From contig DATDXA010000003.1 in the NCBI GenBank assembly GCA_035289485.1, positions 1 through 46,868 on the forward strand: a stretch of DNA of 46,868 bases, given 5' to 3'. Origin of the DNA: an archaeon (GTDB lineage: Archaea; Iainarchaeota; Iainarchaeia; Iainarchaeales; Iainarchaeaceae). The notes under the pieces were generated by a model, which ran no database searches, was not told the DNA's origin, and saw nothing but the letters and a program-made list of their open reading frames with translations. The position numbers were made by a program, and so were the translations under genes. Position 1 is the stretch's first letter; every line of letters begins with the position of its first letter. Positions 9,754 to 22,600 of this stretch are shown piece after piece.

Positions 9754-12700
9754 ATGGGGCTTTCCGACATACAGGGCGCTTTGGCGGATTTGTACGCCTC
9801 GCTGAATGGCAAAATACCTCACTTTCCATATATTTTCGCGGCAGCCCTTGTGCTGGTTTTGGGAATTTTTGCATTTTTCATTTTCACAGCAGGCCCTGCG
9901 AGCGCGGAAGTTAAGGTGCTTGTGCAGAACGCCGCGGGAGCCGCGGTGAAGGGAGCGCAAATAGCAGTTACAGGAACCGGAACGGATTTGAATATTCTAA
10001 CTGGCCTTGATGGCGCTGCAACTTTTAGCGCGCCCATAGGGGCGCAAATCACGGTTACGGCGTCAAAGCAAGGGTATGCAATCGCAAAAGAGAGCATCAC
10101 GGTTTCGCAAGGCGCGCAGGTTACGCTTGTGCTTCGGCAAGAGCAGTTCACGATAAATGAGGTGACCCTCACATTCACCGGCCCGGATTCAAGAAAGCTC
10201 TCCGGAACCGAAGTGAACGTGAGGCTCTCATGCTCGGGCACTGGCGTTTTTGAAAAAAGCGATTACACTGTTTCTGAAGGCGAGATTAAGCTGCGGCCGC
10301 CGCAGAACTGCGGCAAGGTGCTTGTGAGAGCAACCGCGGCGGGATTTCAGACAGCGAGTGCGCAGGTCCTTGGCACAAACCAGGAAATACTTTTCCATGG
10401 GATTGAAAGGCCCAAAGGAAGCGTTGAAATAAATGTTGCGGCAGCTGACACTAACAGGTTCGTTGATGGAATCAATGTAAAGCTTGTGGATTCGGTTGGT
10501 CTTCCTGCGGGCTTTGAAGACCAGACATCGTTTGGCGAGGCCTCATTTGCAGGGGTCGATATCGGGACATACACTGCGCTAATCAGCGACCCTACAGGGC
10601 AGTACGCCTCTGAGAGCGTTGCACTCACAGTGCATGAAAATGCGGCTGCAACAAGGTCTGTTCGCATTTCAAAAGACATAAAGCTCAAGGCAAAAATAAA
10701 GGTGATAGAATCTGGAGGGGCGGCTATAGAGGGGGCGGAGGTAGCAATTTACGGGGCGGATGGAATCCTTGTTGGCATGCAGGTCACTGGCACAACAGAT
10801 GGCAGCACGGTTTTCCTCCTCAAAGATGATGGCATATTTTACTACTCTGCAGGCAAGCAGGGATTCATGCCAAGCGACAGGAATTCATTTGCAACATTTG
10901 GCTACACAAAAGCTAGCCAGCAGGAGTTCACGGTAAGGCTTGGCAGGTGCACAGAGCAGACATGCGGCTCGCTTCTCGTGCGCGTGCTTGATGAGAACGG
11001 CTCGCCCGTTGAAAACGCGCGCGCAATGATTGTCAACGCCGACGGGTTTGTGGAAACCGTGTATGGCTCGAAAGTTACCGATTACAACGGCTTTGCGGCG
11101 CCATTCACTGGCATTGAGAAGGGAACTTACACCGTGCTTGCGCAGAAATTCCCCGCGGAAGCCAAATCAGCGCCCTTTGAACTGGATCCTGGGGCGGCGA
11201 ACTCCGTTGCGGTGAACATGAGAATCGGCAGCGGGACTGTGAAGGTGAGCGCCCTTGATGAGGATGCAAAGCCGCTCTCGTTTGCAAAGGCGGACATTTT
11301 CACGGACAGCGGCGCGAAAATAGGGACGATTTCGCTTGATTCGGCAGGAATTGGAACGCTTAGCGTGAAGGCTGACAGGAGAGTTTATGCGGTGATTACA
11401 AAGGAGGGGTACGCGCCGTATGTGGCTGCTTCAAAGCAGGTTTATCCGGATATTGCAATCCAGTTCACGGGCTCACTTGAGCGGGAAATTTCCTCAATCA
11501 AGCCAAGCATTGAATTCATCGGCGTGTTTTCTCAGGGCGGGACAAGGGCGCTCTCGCTTGCCGCGGGAGGGGCATATATTGCAAAGTTCCTGCTCCGCAT
11601 ACCTTCGCAGCAAGAGTTTTCCGCCTCGGGAGTGTTCATTCGCGTCGGGGAAAAGGACGATGCGGAAAGGGACAGCATCTCAATAAGCTCTGTGAATGCG
11701 CCACGCGCCGGAGTTGTGAAGGGCGCAACATACAGGCCCTCGGGCGGTACCGCTGGCGAGGAGCAGACGAATGGGAATGCGAAGTGGGCGGAAATAATAT
11801 GGAACGGGATTGGGGAAGGGAAGTATGAAATAGAGGCTGAAGTGAAGGTGAAGGGCGGCACAACAAAGGGAACGCCTCTCCCAATTTTTTACAGGGCATT
11901 CGGAGTTGATGGCGCCAAATACCTAAGGGACCCAATTGACAGCGCGCTTGGGGAAAACGAGGATTCGGAGCAGAAGAAGGGCATTTATGCGCAGAGCTAC
12001 TCCAAAGAATACCTTGAAGGGATTACAGAGCAGTGCTCGGGCGAGTTCTGCTTCACAACAAGGCTTTTGGACAATATAGCGGGCGTTTATATGCAGGAGC
12101 CTTACAGGATAAAGACATTCTCGCCCTACACTCTTGAATTTTCGCTAACGAACAATTCCGCGGCAAGGCATGAGAGCGCGTCCATAAGCATAAGGGATAC
12201 CCGCGACATGGAAGGGGCGGCAAAGGAGATTAGCATCAGCTCATATAGCATAGAGAATGCGGATTCGGCGGTGTTCAATGGCAGCGCTGCCGTTTTCGAA
12301 ACCCCGCAGATTGCAATGGGGGATTTCGCTCAGAACAAGGCGGTTTCCGGAACGCTTGGGATAGAAGCGAAAACTCTCACTTCCTCCGCGCTCGAATTTA
12401 AGGTGATTTCAAGCCAGAACATTGCATTTGACAGGGTGGTTGCGTTCATCCCTGTTTTCCAAGATGACATTAACCTTGAAGTGAATCCGGCAGTGATTGC
12501 GGCATTTGTTCCCGCGGACATCAATGTGACAGCGACATATGCCGGCGGGGAAAATAAGGGATTTGGAATTGCAGGTGCGCGCGTGATTGTGAAAAAAATC
12601 GCGCCCGACAGGAGCGAATTCACATTCCCAACAGCTGTGACAAACACCAACGGGCTCACAAAAATTTCGATTCCCGCATCATCTCCCGGAACGAAAATAA

Positions 12701-15700
12701 TCGTGAAGGCGGAAAAGGCCGGGCTCGGAGTTGTCTTTGTTGAGAGGACCGTGAGCACGCAGGTTGTTGCATTCGACCCCTTGCAGCTAAAGCCCGCGCT
12801 GAACAGGGCGACAAATGAGGAAGTGAGAACAAAGCTCACGGCAAGCAACCTTGTGGATTCGGAGCTCACCATAAAAAAAATCGTATTCTCAGCAGGCCTT
12901 GACGGGCTGCTTGACAGCGCCAAGATGAATAATTTCCTAGTGCAGTACGCCGGAGCTAAAATACCAAAGAGCGGCTCCAAGGACCTTGAGGTGCTCTCTG
13001 CAATTGGGGAAGGGGCGCGCTCGCTCGATGCCCCGGCAAAGTCGGGCGGAAAAATCATAGCCGAGCTCTCGCCTTCTGCTAACCCGGCGGTTTCATATTT
13101 GGCGCAGCTGCCCTATGAGGCGATGGTAAATCTTGCGGAGATGCCCTCGAACTCGCCGTGCATCTCGATTTCCGCAAAGGAATGGAAGGACGCGACAATC
13201 GATAGCAAGGCCGCAATGCAGTTCGAGATAGAGAACAACTGTGTTTCAAAGCAGGGCGCGAAAATAGGGCTCAATAACCTGCAGGGCAGGATACGCTGGG
13301 CCGGAAAGGACGGGATTGCGGGGCTTGTTGAGCTTTCAGTGACAGACCCAGTGAGCGGAACTGTTGCAAGCGAAATTCTCCAGCAGGGGCTTTATGTGAG
13401 GCTGCTAGAGGGCCTAACTCCTGGGATTCCATACCCTGCAACGCTCACATTCGTTCCAAAGCAGGGCGCAATGGGAAAGAGGGCGGAGTTCACGGTTGAT
13501 ATTGACGCGCAAATCGGCACGAACAAGGGAGAGCAATTTGTCGGCGCGAATAACGGGATTGACGCGCAGGTAACTGTGGCAAACCTTGGCCAGTGCATGC
13601 AGATAACGCCTGACCCCGAGCTTGGAGTGCACATTGGCAGAAGAGACTCCGAATCGGAATTCACTGTTGACACAACCAAATGCGGGCCTGCAGTTCTAGA
13701 CATCAGGTTCTGCGATGGCGGCACAGATGGCTGCAGGGGAGGCGCTTCCGAGGGCGGGATAAGCCTGCGCCCATGGTCATATTCAAAGGTGAGCGGCGAG
13801 CAAAAGAGCGTTGTTGTTGAAAGGCAGGGAATGCCCGGGTTCTATGGGATAAAGGTGGAGGCCAGGCCTTTGGGCGGGAGCTGGAGGCAGGTTGCGGAAA
13901 TAGCGGCAATTGTAGAGCCAGAGGATGGGCTTTATTTCACCATGGACAAGTACAGTTTCACGGTCATTGGGAAGGGAAGCTCTGATTTTGCAAAGCTCAC
14001 AAACGACATGGTGCAGGAAAAAATAGAGGTAAGAAAGCTCAAAACCGGGCCGCTCTACGATTATGTGATAAATCTTTCAGGAAGCCCGGATGGCAACAGG
14101 CTAAATCCGCGCTATGTCTGGCCTGATGCCACGGAAATTGTGGTAAGCGACCCGCGCATCAGAGGCGATTGGAACCTTGACATCGCAGATGAGTTCACAA
14201 CAAAGGGCGAACATGCAAGCCAGCAGGTTGGAATAACATTCGGCAACATAAGCGCGGAGCAGGACAGGCCGGTTTTTGCCGTGGTAACGGCGAAGGCAAA
14301 AGAGCATGTGCACGGCGACCCCCTGCACAGGGAAGCGAAGGTCAAGTGCGGGGGAAATAATTTCGGATTGTACACGGGAAGCCGAAGCGACTACGGCATG
14401 TACTGGATAAACCCAGGGGTGTGCGGGAACGAGGCCGAGACTGTTTATGACACGGTTTATTCGCAGAAATTCCACGTGAAATTCAAGGTCTCGGAAGAGA
14501 AGGCGGATGTCCCTGATTTGAGCTTTGATTCATTTGCATGCCAGAGCGGAGTTGAAATCGGAAGGACAGGGGCTGGAGCGCTGCCGAAGGTGAAATTCGA
14601 ATGGGCGTGGAGGGAAATACCTGAAAACCAGTGCGATGCGTCGAATCCCGATTATGTTTACTGCGATGCCGCGCAGTTCACAATCGAATTGAACAAGAAG
14701 CTCCACAGGCTCTATGAATTCCTGCAGGCAAATAATTTCAACCTGGGGTGCCCATCGGTTAGCACCACGCAAAATTTGCAGCAGTCGCTTTCGCAAGAGA
14801 CCGAAAGCGCGCAGGTGCTGCAAGGACAGGCGGGCCTTTTGGAAGTGAAAACAGTTTATTTCCAAGGAAATATCACGAGCACAATAAAGGCAAGAAATGC
14901 AACGGATTCGGAGCAGGATATTGTCGCGACCGCGGTAATCACAAACCTCTCGGGCTTTGAGCAAACATGCATCGCGGAAATATTGGGCGTCCCGGCAGGC
15001 GGGGAAAAGATGGGCGCTTGCGAAACCCCGATAAGTGAAGATGGGATATACAGCACGGTGATAAGCGCAGAAAGCGAGACCGCAGGAGAAAATATTTCCA
15101 TGGAAACCATAACAACGGGAATTTATGCCGGCACAATCGCAACCGCAGAAGAGCAGATGAACAGGTGCGACCTTAAGGCAACGCAGGTTCACTACCAGGT
15201 GCCGCAGATACTAAGGTTTGTTGAGGGGAAAAGCAGCATCACATGGACTAGCGCGGTCCCGAACAAGGAGGCACTTGCAAATATGCTGGTATTCGACGCT
15301 TACCTGATGAGGGACAATTACCCGAAGGAATTTTTCAGGGATTTTTCTGAAACCTACACAAACAACGCGTTCGCGGACACGGAATCATATTTCACAAGCA
15401 TCGGGAGCGGCTATGGTTTCAACAGGCTATTGCAGAACGGAAATTTCAGCCTTGGAGGCAAGTATTCGGCAACAGAAGGCATTCCATCTGCCGGACGGTA
15501 TGGCGTTGAGCTTGCTGTGCAATTTAGCGGGAATGACTGGAAGTTCTTTGATTCGCAGGGCAGGCCGCTTGCGAATGTGAAGGCGATTGTTTACAGGAAA
15601 AGCGACCCATCGCCCAATTCCCCGTTCTACTCGCTGCCGATTGACGGGTTTGTAGGGCTTGTTGGCAACACTTATAGGAGAACGAATTACGGAACAGCGT

Positions 15701-16533
15701 TCAGCAATGATTCGGAGCCGGTACAGATAAGCCTTGGAAATCAGCCTGTGAAAACATACCCAAGCGAAGGCGGCAGCGCTGCAATTGCTGCGGATGTGAA
15801 GTTAGAGGAAGGGATATACGGCCTCAACACCGCGCCTGGAACTGGCGGCATGATACTGAGCGCGGAAAGCATTCCTGGAAAAAAAGCAGGCATAGTGCTC
15901 CAGCCTTCGCATGCGACTCCGGTTCTCATGAAGGTTTCAAGGGGCGAACTCGCATCTGAAAAATTCTCTGCCTCATACACGCTCTCCGAGAATGCGAATG
16001 CCATAAATGTTGGCAGCACCCTCTCGCGCTGGGACGGGGCGGGAGCGTGCCTTGATTTTACCGGCATTCCGGTTACGGACGCATTCTACCAAAAGCCGGA
16101 CAGGAAAGGCTTGGAGACGGACAATAGCCTTGATTGGGAATCGAGCTATGCGGTGGACTGGCCGCGCGCTGACAGGAAGGGCGATGTTTACCTGAGAACG
16201 ATTTTTTACACGGCTCCGGGAACAAGCATGGCCCTAAAGGCATCCCAAGGGATGAGTGCGCAGTTTTATACGCCCGACCAGTCAGGAAGCAGCGTTGTGC
16301 TTGGTGGAATTTCAGGAATGGAGCGCAACAATTCGGTTGAGGATAGCGGAAAAATCGCAAGCATTGAGGACGCATTCAGGATGGTTGAAAATAGGCAGGC
16401 GTGCATAACAAACACAGGAAGCTCCTCAAAAATCTGGTGGAACCCGCAGGCGGTTTACACGGCCTCCGGAAGCCAAAGAAACATATCGGAAGAAGTGAAC
16501 AAGCTGCAGGCCGGCTCAACTTGCATCGGGTGA
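9754..16533 (+). CDS. Giant membrane-anchored surface protein 2 (2259 aa), paralog lacking the internal hydrophobic cassette
   Basis: N-terminal TM (YIFAAALVLVLGIFAFFIF); same repeat units and motifs CTEQTCG, AKWA, CSGEFC, GRTGAGALPKV, YCDAAQ, SPFYSLPIDG, WDGAGAC, WWNP. Confidence 0.9.
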   Translation: MGLSDIQGALADLYASLNGKIPHFPYIFAAALVLVLGIFAFFIFTAGPASAEVKVLVQNAAGAAVKGAQIAVTGTGTDLNILTGLDGAATFSAPIGAQITVTASKQGYAIAKESITVSQGAQVTLVLRQEQFTINEVTLTFTGPDSRKLSGTEVNVRLSCSGTGVFEKSDYTVSEGEIKLRPPQNCGKVLVRATAAGFQTASAQVLGTNQEILFHGIERPKGSVEINVAAADTNRFVDGINVKLVDSVGLPAGFEDQTSFGEASFAGVDIGTYTALISDPTGQYASESVALTVHENAAATRSVRISKDIKLKAKIKVIESGGAAIEGAEVAIYGADGILVGMQVTGTTDGSTVFLLKDDGIFYYSAGKQGFMPSDRNSFATFGYTKASQQEFTVRLGRCTEQTCGSLLVRVLDENGSPVENARAMIVNADGFVETVYGSKVTDYNGFAAPFTGIEKGTYTVLAQKFPAEAKSAPFELDPGAANSVAVNMRIGSGTVKVSALDEDAKPLSFAKADIFTDSGAKIGTISLDSAGIGTLSVKADRRVYAVITKEGYAPYVAASKQVYPDIAIQFTGSLEREISSIKPSIEFIGVFSQGGTRALSLAAGGAYIAKFLLRIPSQQEFSASGVFIRVGEKDDAERDSISISSVNAPRAGVVKGATYRPSGGTAGEEQTNGNAKWAEIIWNGIGEGKYEIEAEVKVKGGTTKGTPLPIFYRAFGVDGAKYLRDPIDSALGENEDSEQKKGIYAQSYSKEYLEGITEQCSGEFCFTTRLLDNIAGVYMQEPYRIKTFSPYTLEFSLTNNSAARHESASISIRDTRDMEGAAKEISISSYSIENADSAVFNGSAAVFETPQIAMGDFAQNKAVSGTLGIEAKTLTSSALEFKVISSQNIAFDRVVAFIPVFQDDINLEVNPAVIAAFVPADINVTATYAGGENKGFGIAGARVIVKKIAPDRSEFTFPTAVTNTNGLTKISIPASSPGTKIIVKAEKAGLGVVFVERTVSTQVVAFDPLQLKPALNRATNEEVRTKLTASNLVDSELTIKKIVFSAGLDGLLDSAKMNNFLVQYAGAKIPKSGSKDLEVLSAIGEGARSLDAPAKSGGKIIAELSPSANPAVSYLAQLPYEAMVNLAEMPSNSPCISISAKEWKDATIDSKAAMQFEIENNCVSKQGAKIGLNNLQGRIRWAGKDGIAGLVELSVTDPVSGTVASEILQQGLYVRLLEGLTPGIPYPATLTFVPKQGAMGKRAEFTVDIDAQIGTNKGEQFVGANNGIDAQVTVANLGQCMQITPDPELGVHIGRRDSESEFTVDTTKCGPAVLDIRFCDGGTDGCRGGASEGGISLRPWSYSKVSGEQKSVVVERQGMPGFYGIKVEARPLGGSWRQVAEIAAIVEPEDGLYFTMDKYSFTVIGKGSSDFAKLTNDMVQEKIEVRKLKTGPLYDYVINLSGSPDGNRLNPRYVWPDATEIVVSDPRIRGDWNLDIADEFTTKGEHASQQVGITFGNISAEQDRPVFAVVTAKAKEHVHGDPLHREAKVKCGGNNFGLYTGSRSDYGMYWINPGVCGNEAETVYDTVYSQKFHVKFKVSEEKADVPDLSFDSFACQSGVEIGRTGAGALPKVKFEWAWREIPENQCDASNPDYVYCDAAQFTIELNKKLHRLYEFLQANNFNLGCPSVSTTQNLQQSLSQETESAQVLQGQAGLLEVKTVYFQGNITSTIKARNATDSEQDIVATAVITNLSGFEQTCIAEILGVPAGGEKMGACETPISEDGIYSTVISAESETAGENISMETITTGIYAGTIATAEEQMNRCDLKATQVHYQVPQILRFVEGKSSITWTSAVPNKEALANMLVFDAYLMRDNYPKEFFRDFSETYTNNAFADTESYFTSIGSGYGFNRLLQNGNFSLGGKYSATEGIPSAGRYGVELAVQFSGNDWKFFDSQGRPLANVKAIVYRKSDPSPNSPFYSLPIDGFVGLVGNTYRRTNYGTAFSNDSEPVQISLGNQPVKTYPSEGGSAAIAADVKLEEGIYGLNTAPGTGGMILSAESIPGKKAGIVLQPSHATPVLMKVSRGELASEKFSASYTLSENANAINVGSTLSRWDGAGACLDFTGIPVTDAFYQKPDRKGLETDNSLDWESSYAVDWPRADRKGDVYLRTIFYTAPGTSMALKASQGMSAQFYTPDQSGSSVVLGGISGMERNNSVEDSGKIASIEDAFRMVENRQACITNTGSSSKIWWNPQAVYTASGSQRNISEEVNKLQAGSTCIG

Positions 16534-16656
16534 ATTTTGCGTGAAAACCATGCAATAAAATTGCACGGATTAAAAGGCAGATAAAGGGTTTTTTGGCGAA
16601 TCGGAGCCACGATAAAAGGTTTTTTAACAACAAAAACATTACTATTGCTTGGTTAT

Positions 16657-19600
16657 ATGGAGTTCCTTGACAATATCAGGGATTCCCTTGTTTCGATGTG
16701 GGAATCGCAAGATCGCGCTAAACTGCTTGCGGGCGCTGGCTTAATTGCAATCGTGGTTCTCGGGCTCGTTTTTCTGTCAATTTCAGGGCTTTCAGCTGGG
16801 CAGCTTACTGTTGTTACAAAAAACTCAAGTGGCGAAGCGCTCTGGAAAACAAGCGTGAAACTCTCCGGGCTTGAGGGCGATTTTTCAGGGACAACTGACC
16901 GGAGCGGAACCATTGTTTTTAGCGGCGTCCCCGCAGGAAAAAAATTCACAATCGAGGCGTTTGGAACAGGATTTGAAACAAGCAAAACTGATTTTATATT
17001 AACAAAATCCGCAGAAGAAACGCAAATCACGCTCAAAGCCGAGCAGGAAAATGCTCCCGCGCTCAAAGTAATAACATTTGCTGGCCCTGACGGAGTGAAG
17101 CTTGATAAAAAGCTCATTACGGTTGAACTGAGCTGCTCATCTGGGCTCACTGTGAACAATTCGGTGCAGCAAGTTTCGAATGGACGGCTTGAAGTAGAAG
17201 CGCCATCAGGATGCGGAGTTCTTAGCGCAACAATATCGGCAGCAGGGTTTGAAACGGACACTTTCAATCTCAATGAATCAAGCGTAATTCGGCTGCAGGC
17301 GCTGCAAACAGAACAGGGCAGGGCAATTGTTGTTGTAAAAGATGCTGCAGGAAGATTCCTTGACAATATTGAAGTTTCAATACTTGATTCGCGCGGCATT
17401 CCAACAGGCGAAGTGGAAATAACATCTTTTGGAGAAGCGAGCTTTTCACTTGATTCTGGAAAATACATAGCGCGCGCATATGATTCAACGCTCGCATACG
17501 CATCCGCGCAAACCGAATTTTCAATTGCAGCAAAAAGCGAGGCTAGGGCGGCAATCACGCTTGAAGAGAAGCCACTTGCAACCATCACAGCAAAAGTAAT
17601 CGACAAATCAAGCAAAGCTGAAGTGAAAAATGCCACAGTGGTGCTAGAGTCGCCTGATGGCGCAAAAATTTCACGGGAATTTAACGGCGGAAATGTTTCA
17701 CTCGCCCTCTCAAAGATTGGAATTTACAAGCTTAGCGCAAGCGCAGACGGATACGCTCGCAGCAATGAGATTTCAGTGAATTCAGCGAGCATACCCTCGC
17801 AAGGCTACACGCTTGAAATAGCAAAGTGCATGCCGGCAACGTGCGGGATACTTACGGTGAGCGTACGTGATGAGGACAACGAGCCTGTTGCAAATGCGCG
17901 TGTCGCTATTGTCAATTTGGATACTGGGTTTTTTGCGGAAGAATACGGCCTCAAATACACTGATATCAACGGAGCAGCGAAATTCTCCGGAGTGAAGACA
18001 GGAAAGTACAATGCGATTGTGCAAAAATATCCTGCAGAAGGGTCATCAGAACCGTTTGATGCGGTCACTGGAACCGATGCGAGGGTTAAGGCGCAGCTCA
18101 CAATAGGCGAAGGGACAATTGAGGTTCTGGCATTGGATCCTGATGGCAAGCCAGTTGCATTCGGCTTTGCAGAGTTCAGAAGCGAAGGGCGCGAGAGGCT
18201 TGGGAAGCTGCCACTGAACTCGCAGGGAAAGGCGGCATTCACGACAAAGGCGGACAAGAAGGTGTTTGTCACTCTGAGCGCGGATGGGTACACCAATTAC
18301 ACTTCCGGCGGCACGCAGGTTTATCCGGGAAAAATTGTTTCAATAAATGCGGAGCTGCGCAGGGAAATATTGGGGGATGGCCCTGGGATTGAATTCATTG
18401 GGCTTTTTGATGAATCGGGAAGGGCGGCAGGTGCGATTTTTTCGGGAAACGCATACAGCGCAAGGTTCATTGTATCGGTTCCGGAGAATTCGGCAGATGA
18501 GCTAGAGCAGCTTGGTGTTTTCATCCGCACAGGGGAAGATTCAATCGTCGAAAAGGACCCAATTTACATAAATTCGGTTGACGCGCCGCGCGCATCTGTT
18601 CTCAAGGGCTCCACATATAGCGAGCCAAAGGGCACAGAGGAGGACGAGGCACACATCACAAATGGCGAGGCAAAATGGGCGTCAATTGTCTGGGACAGAT
18701 CAGAGATACGGCAGGGGCTTTATGAGGCGGCTGTGGAAATAAAGGCACGGGAGTCGGCAACACCTGGAGCTTCAATGCCGATTTTTTACAGGGCATATGG
18801 CGTGAAGGAGGATGGCAGTGTCGTGAGAGACCCGATAGATACGGAGCTTGGCACGGGTGAAGAAACTTCTGCAAAACATGCGCTTTACGCAAAATCGTAT
18901 GAAAAGGAATATGCGGAAGGCGCGATAGAGGAGTGCGATGAGGATTTCTGCTATAGCCAAAGGATTATTGACACGAAAAATGACCTCTATTTAACGCCCC
19001 CGTACCAGCTGCGGATTTTCGGGAATTACACAATGGAATTCTCAATCACGAATAACTCAAGGAGCGTGCACGACAGCTCCAACATCCGCATAAAGAATTC
19101 GGTGGACGGGACAATTTTGGGAAAAAGCCTGCGCATAATCTCATACAATATCACAAATGCGGCATCGCAGCAGTTCTCATCCTCAACGCCGGCCTTTGAA
19201 ATAAGCCCAATAGCCCTCGGGGATTTCCGCGAGAACAAGGAAATCCGCGCAAAGCTCATGCTAAAGCCGGAAGTTCTTGGCCTTTCCGCGCTTGATATCA
19301 GGATTGTTTCTGACAGGGAGCAGGTTTTCACAAGGCAGGTTCAGGTGAATGTGGTGAATGAAAAGGACCTCAATGTTTCGGTAAGGCCCCTGACAATGCC
19401 CGCGTTCACGCAGTTTGACCTGAATGTGGAGGCGAGATTTTTCAGCACAGAGGCTGATTTTGATGAGGTGGAGGGCGCGTTCGTGCGAGTTGAGAGGGCC
19501 ACACCTGACCGGCAGAAGAGCACATTCACTTCAATAACGGATGGCGAAGGGAAGGCGCGCATAAGAATTCCTGCCTCGCCCCCAGGAACAAGAATAAAGG

Positions 19601-22600
19601 TTCGGGTTGAGAAGGACGGATTTGCAGGAAAGGAGCATTCGTTTGAAATAAGCAAAAGCGTGGTTTCATTCAATCCAGCATCCATTAAATCAAGCCTTGA
19701 CCTTACCACAAACACAGAGCAGAGGGTTGCTCTTGAGGCCACAAACCTTGTCCCGATTGAGCTGACGGTTTCTGAAATGAGATTTGCCGGGGATTTTAAG
19801 GGCCTTCTTGACAGCTCGCGCATGAACAACTGGCTTGACCAGTATGTTGGCAAATCCACACTTGCGCACGGGTCAACTGCGCAGTTCACATTGCTAAGCG
19901 CGATAAGCGATGACGCAAAGCAGATAAGCGAGATTCGAAAACTGAATGCAAGGCTTGTATTCGAAGTCTCGACAAAAGATGGTGGCATTAAATGGCCCAT
20001 GGAAGTTCCCGCACAGATTGCAATAAGCCTAGCAGAGCCGCCCAAAAATCCGGGCTGCATCGAGGTCGGCCTTAAGGAGTGGAAAGATGCAACGCTTGGG
20101 GGAAAGGCGGAGATTGAATTTTACATAAAGAACGGCTGCGTGGGCCAGAATGGAAAGCCACTTGATTTGAGAAGCCTCAAGGCCAAGATTGCATGGAAAA
20201 GCAACAAGTACGGAAATGTAGAGCTGCATGTGACGGACCATGAAAACGCTCAGGAGGCGAGCGAGGCTCTCTCCGAGGGGGATTACAGCACGCTGTTTGA
20301 ATCAGTTCCCGGAGGGAAGGAATACACGGCAATACTCGTGTTCACGCCAAAGGGCGGGACAATAGGAAAGAAGGCCGAGTTCTCAGTGCTAGTTGATGCG
20401 GCGCAGAATGCTGTGGATGGCGAGCAGCTTGTTGGCGCCTCAAACCAGATTGCGGCGCAAATAGATATCATAGATTTGAGCCAGTGCGTCAAATACACTC
20501 CAGAACCTGAATCAGGAGTGAGGCTTGAAGAGACCCAGAGCGATGCCAAGCTTGACATTGATGCAAGCGCGTGCGGCAATGTGAACATTGATTTCTGGCT
20601 CTGCAAGGACGACAAGGACTGCTCCGGAGGCGCTGAGGGCGGGATAACCGTAAGCCCAGAACAGTTCACGCTAACGCCGCAGTCAGCCAAAAAGAGCGTT
20701 GTGGTTTCACGCCAGCAAATACCTGGGCTCTATGGCATAGGCGTGTTTGTGAGAACCCCCGGGAGCAATTACAGGCAAATCAATACTGTGGATGTTCTTG
20801 CAAAGCCCACAAAAGAGGATGCCTTCGAGCTCTTCAAGTACGAGTTTTCAGCGGTTGGGAAAGGGTCGCAGGACTCGACTGAGCTCACAAACAGGTTCTT
20901 TGTGGAGGACATCGGGGTTGACGCCAGCATCTGCGACTGGGGCGATGCAACTGAGAAGGGATGGTTTGACTGGAAGTTTGCGGGGATTGGGGCGATTGTT
21001 GGGGCGATTAAGGGGATGCAGCCGGCGATGGCGGCTGCCAAGGAAGCTGCAAAAACACTCTCAACCCAGACATCAAATACGCTAAAGGCCGCGCAGAGTG
21101 CGCAGGACGCCTCAAGCGCGTCCAATGCCGCTTCCACAAGCACTGCAGAGGCACTCTGCTCGAAAGTGAAATCGGCACAGGCTGCTGTTGCATCCGCACA
21201 GGCGGCGTGCTCCGGAAGCAGCGCCGCAGCAGCTGTTGGCGGGGCAAACACTGCAATGACATCCGCGAACACAGCGTGCGAAAAAGCCAAAGAGCAGGTA
21301 AGGTCCGCAGGGCTTTTGGACACTGTGATTAGAACTGCACTAAGGGTGATTGGCATACCTTTCAGCGGTAACACTTCCGCAGTGGCAGGGGCAACACAAA
21401 ACGCCCAGAAACAGGGTTCCAACATAGCGCTCACGCAATCTGACCTGTCTGCAATACAGGGAAACATCACTACTGCAAACAGCGAACTCGGGGTTGCACA
21501 CGCGGCGATTTCAGATGACTGTTCTAATGTTTACACCTCAGGAATTTGCCTTGCATGCAACGCCGCACTTGGAACCGCGGATTCACAGGTCGCAGCGGCA
21601 AATGGGGCAGCAAGCTCATACTCGGGCGGGCAACTGCCAAAATCGGCAACCGACACCGCCAGCACAGCATCAGCAGGACAGGCAACACAGCAGGCCGCGA
21701 CATCGACATGGTCAAAAATGCTCCACCCGTTGAGGACAATGACATCCTCATTTGGCCCAAGTGGCATAATGGCTGCATACACTGTTGGGGGCTTTATGGT
21801 AGGCGGGCTTTTAGGAGGGCTCTTTGGCACCGACCCGTGCGCGCAGCACACAACGGCTAACCTTCCTGATTATCGGATAAACCTCCTTGATGATGTGAGG
21901 GGAATCGAATCCGGCAGCGGCAAATTCGGCTACGCATTCGGCATTGATTCGGCAAAAATCATCGGCACATGGGAAAAGCAGCGCATAGGGCTTGTTGCAA
22001 CAAACAGCGGTGTTAGCAGCGCAAAGCCAGTATATGACACCGTCACATTGAGCGTGGCACAGCACCTGCACACAAACCCAACCAAAATCGATGCCGGCAA
22101 CAAGGACTTCGGGCCTTTTAAGGTCCCTGACCAGCAGAAAATAAATGTAGATGCGAAGCTGCACCTCAAATTCAAGACGCAGGATGTCGAAGAGCAGATT
22201 CCAGAGCTTGACTTTGACACTGTCTCGTGCGTTGCCGGAAATAAGATTGGAAGAACAGGCAATGGGGCGCTGCCAAGAATTAAGCTTGACTGGGGATTTG
22301 GCGAGGGAGGCATTGGCAATGAAACCTGCCTTGAGAGCAACCAAAAGGGCGTTTACTGCGACGCAACGCAGTTTTCAATAACACTTAGCAAGAGGCTCAA
22401 CTCGCTGCGGGAATTCTTCAGCGCAAACCAGAACCTCAGATGCCCTGCAAATCCGCTGAGCGGGCAGTTTGGCGCCATTCACACGGATTTGAATGCGCAA
22501 CAAAGCCTCGCCCTCTCAACTAGCTGCTACATAAGCGACTGGTCAGGATACACTGATGGAGAACCCACCATTCAAGCGCTCATTGAGGCGAACAAGAACA

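Noticed and set aside
9560-9805. 81-aa ORF between giants 1 and 2
   Set aside because: It overlaps both the basic ORF and the start of giant 2 and covers the latter's TATA-like region; no supporting signal.
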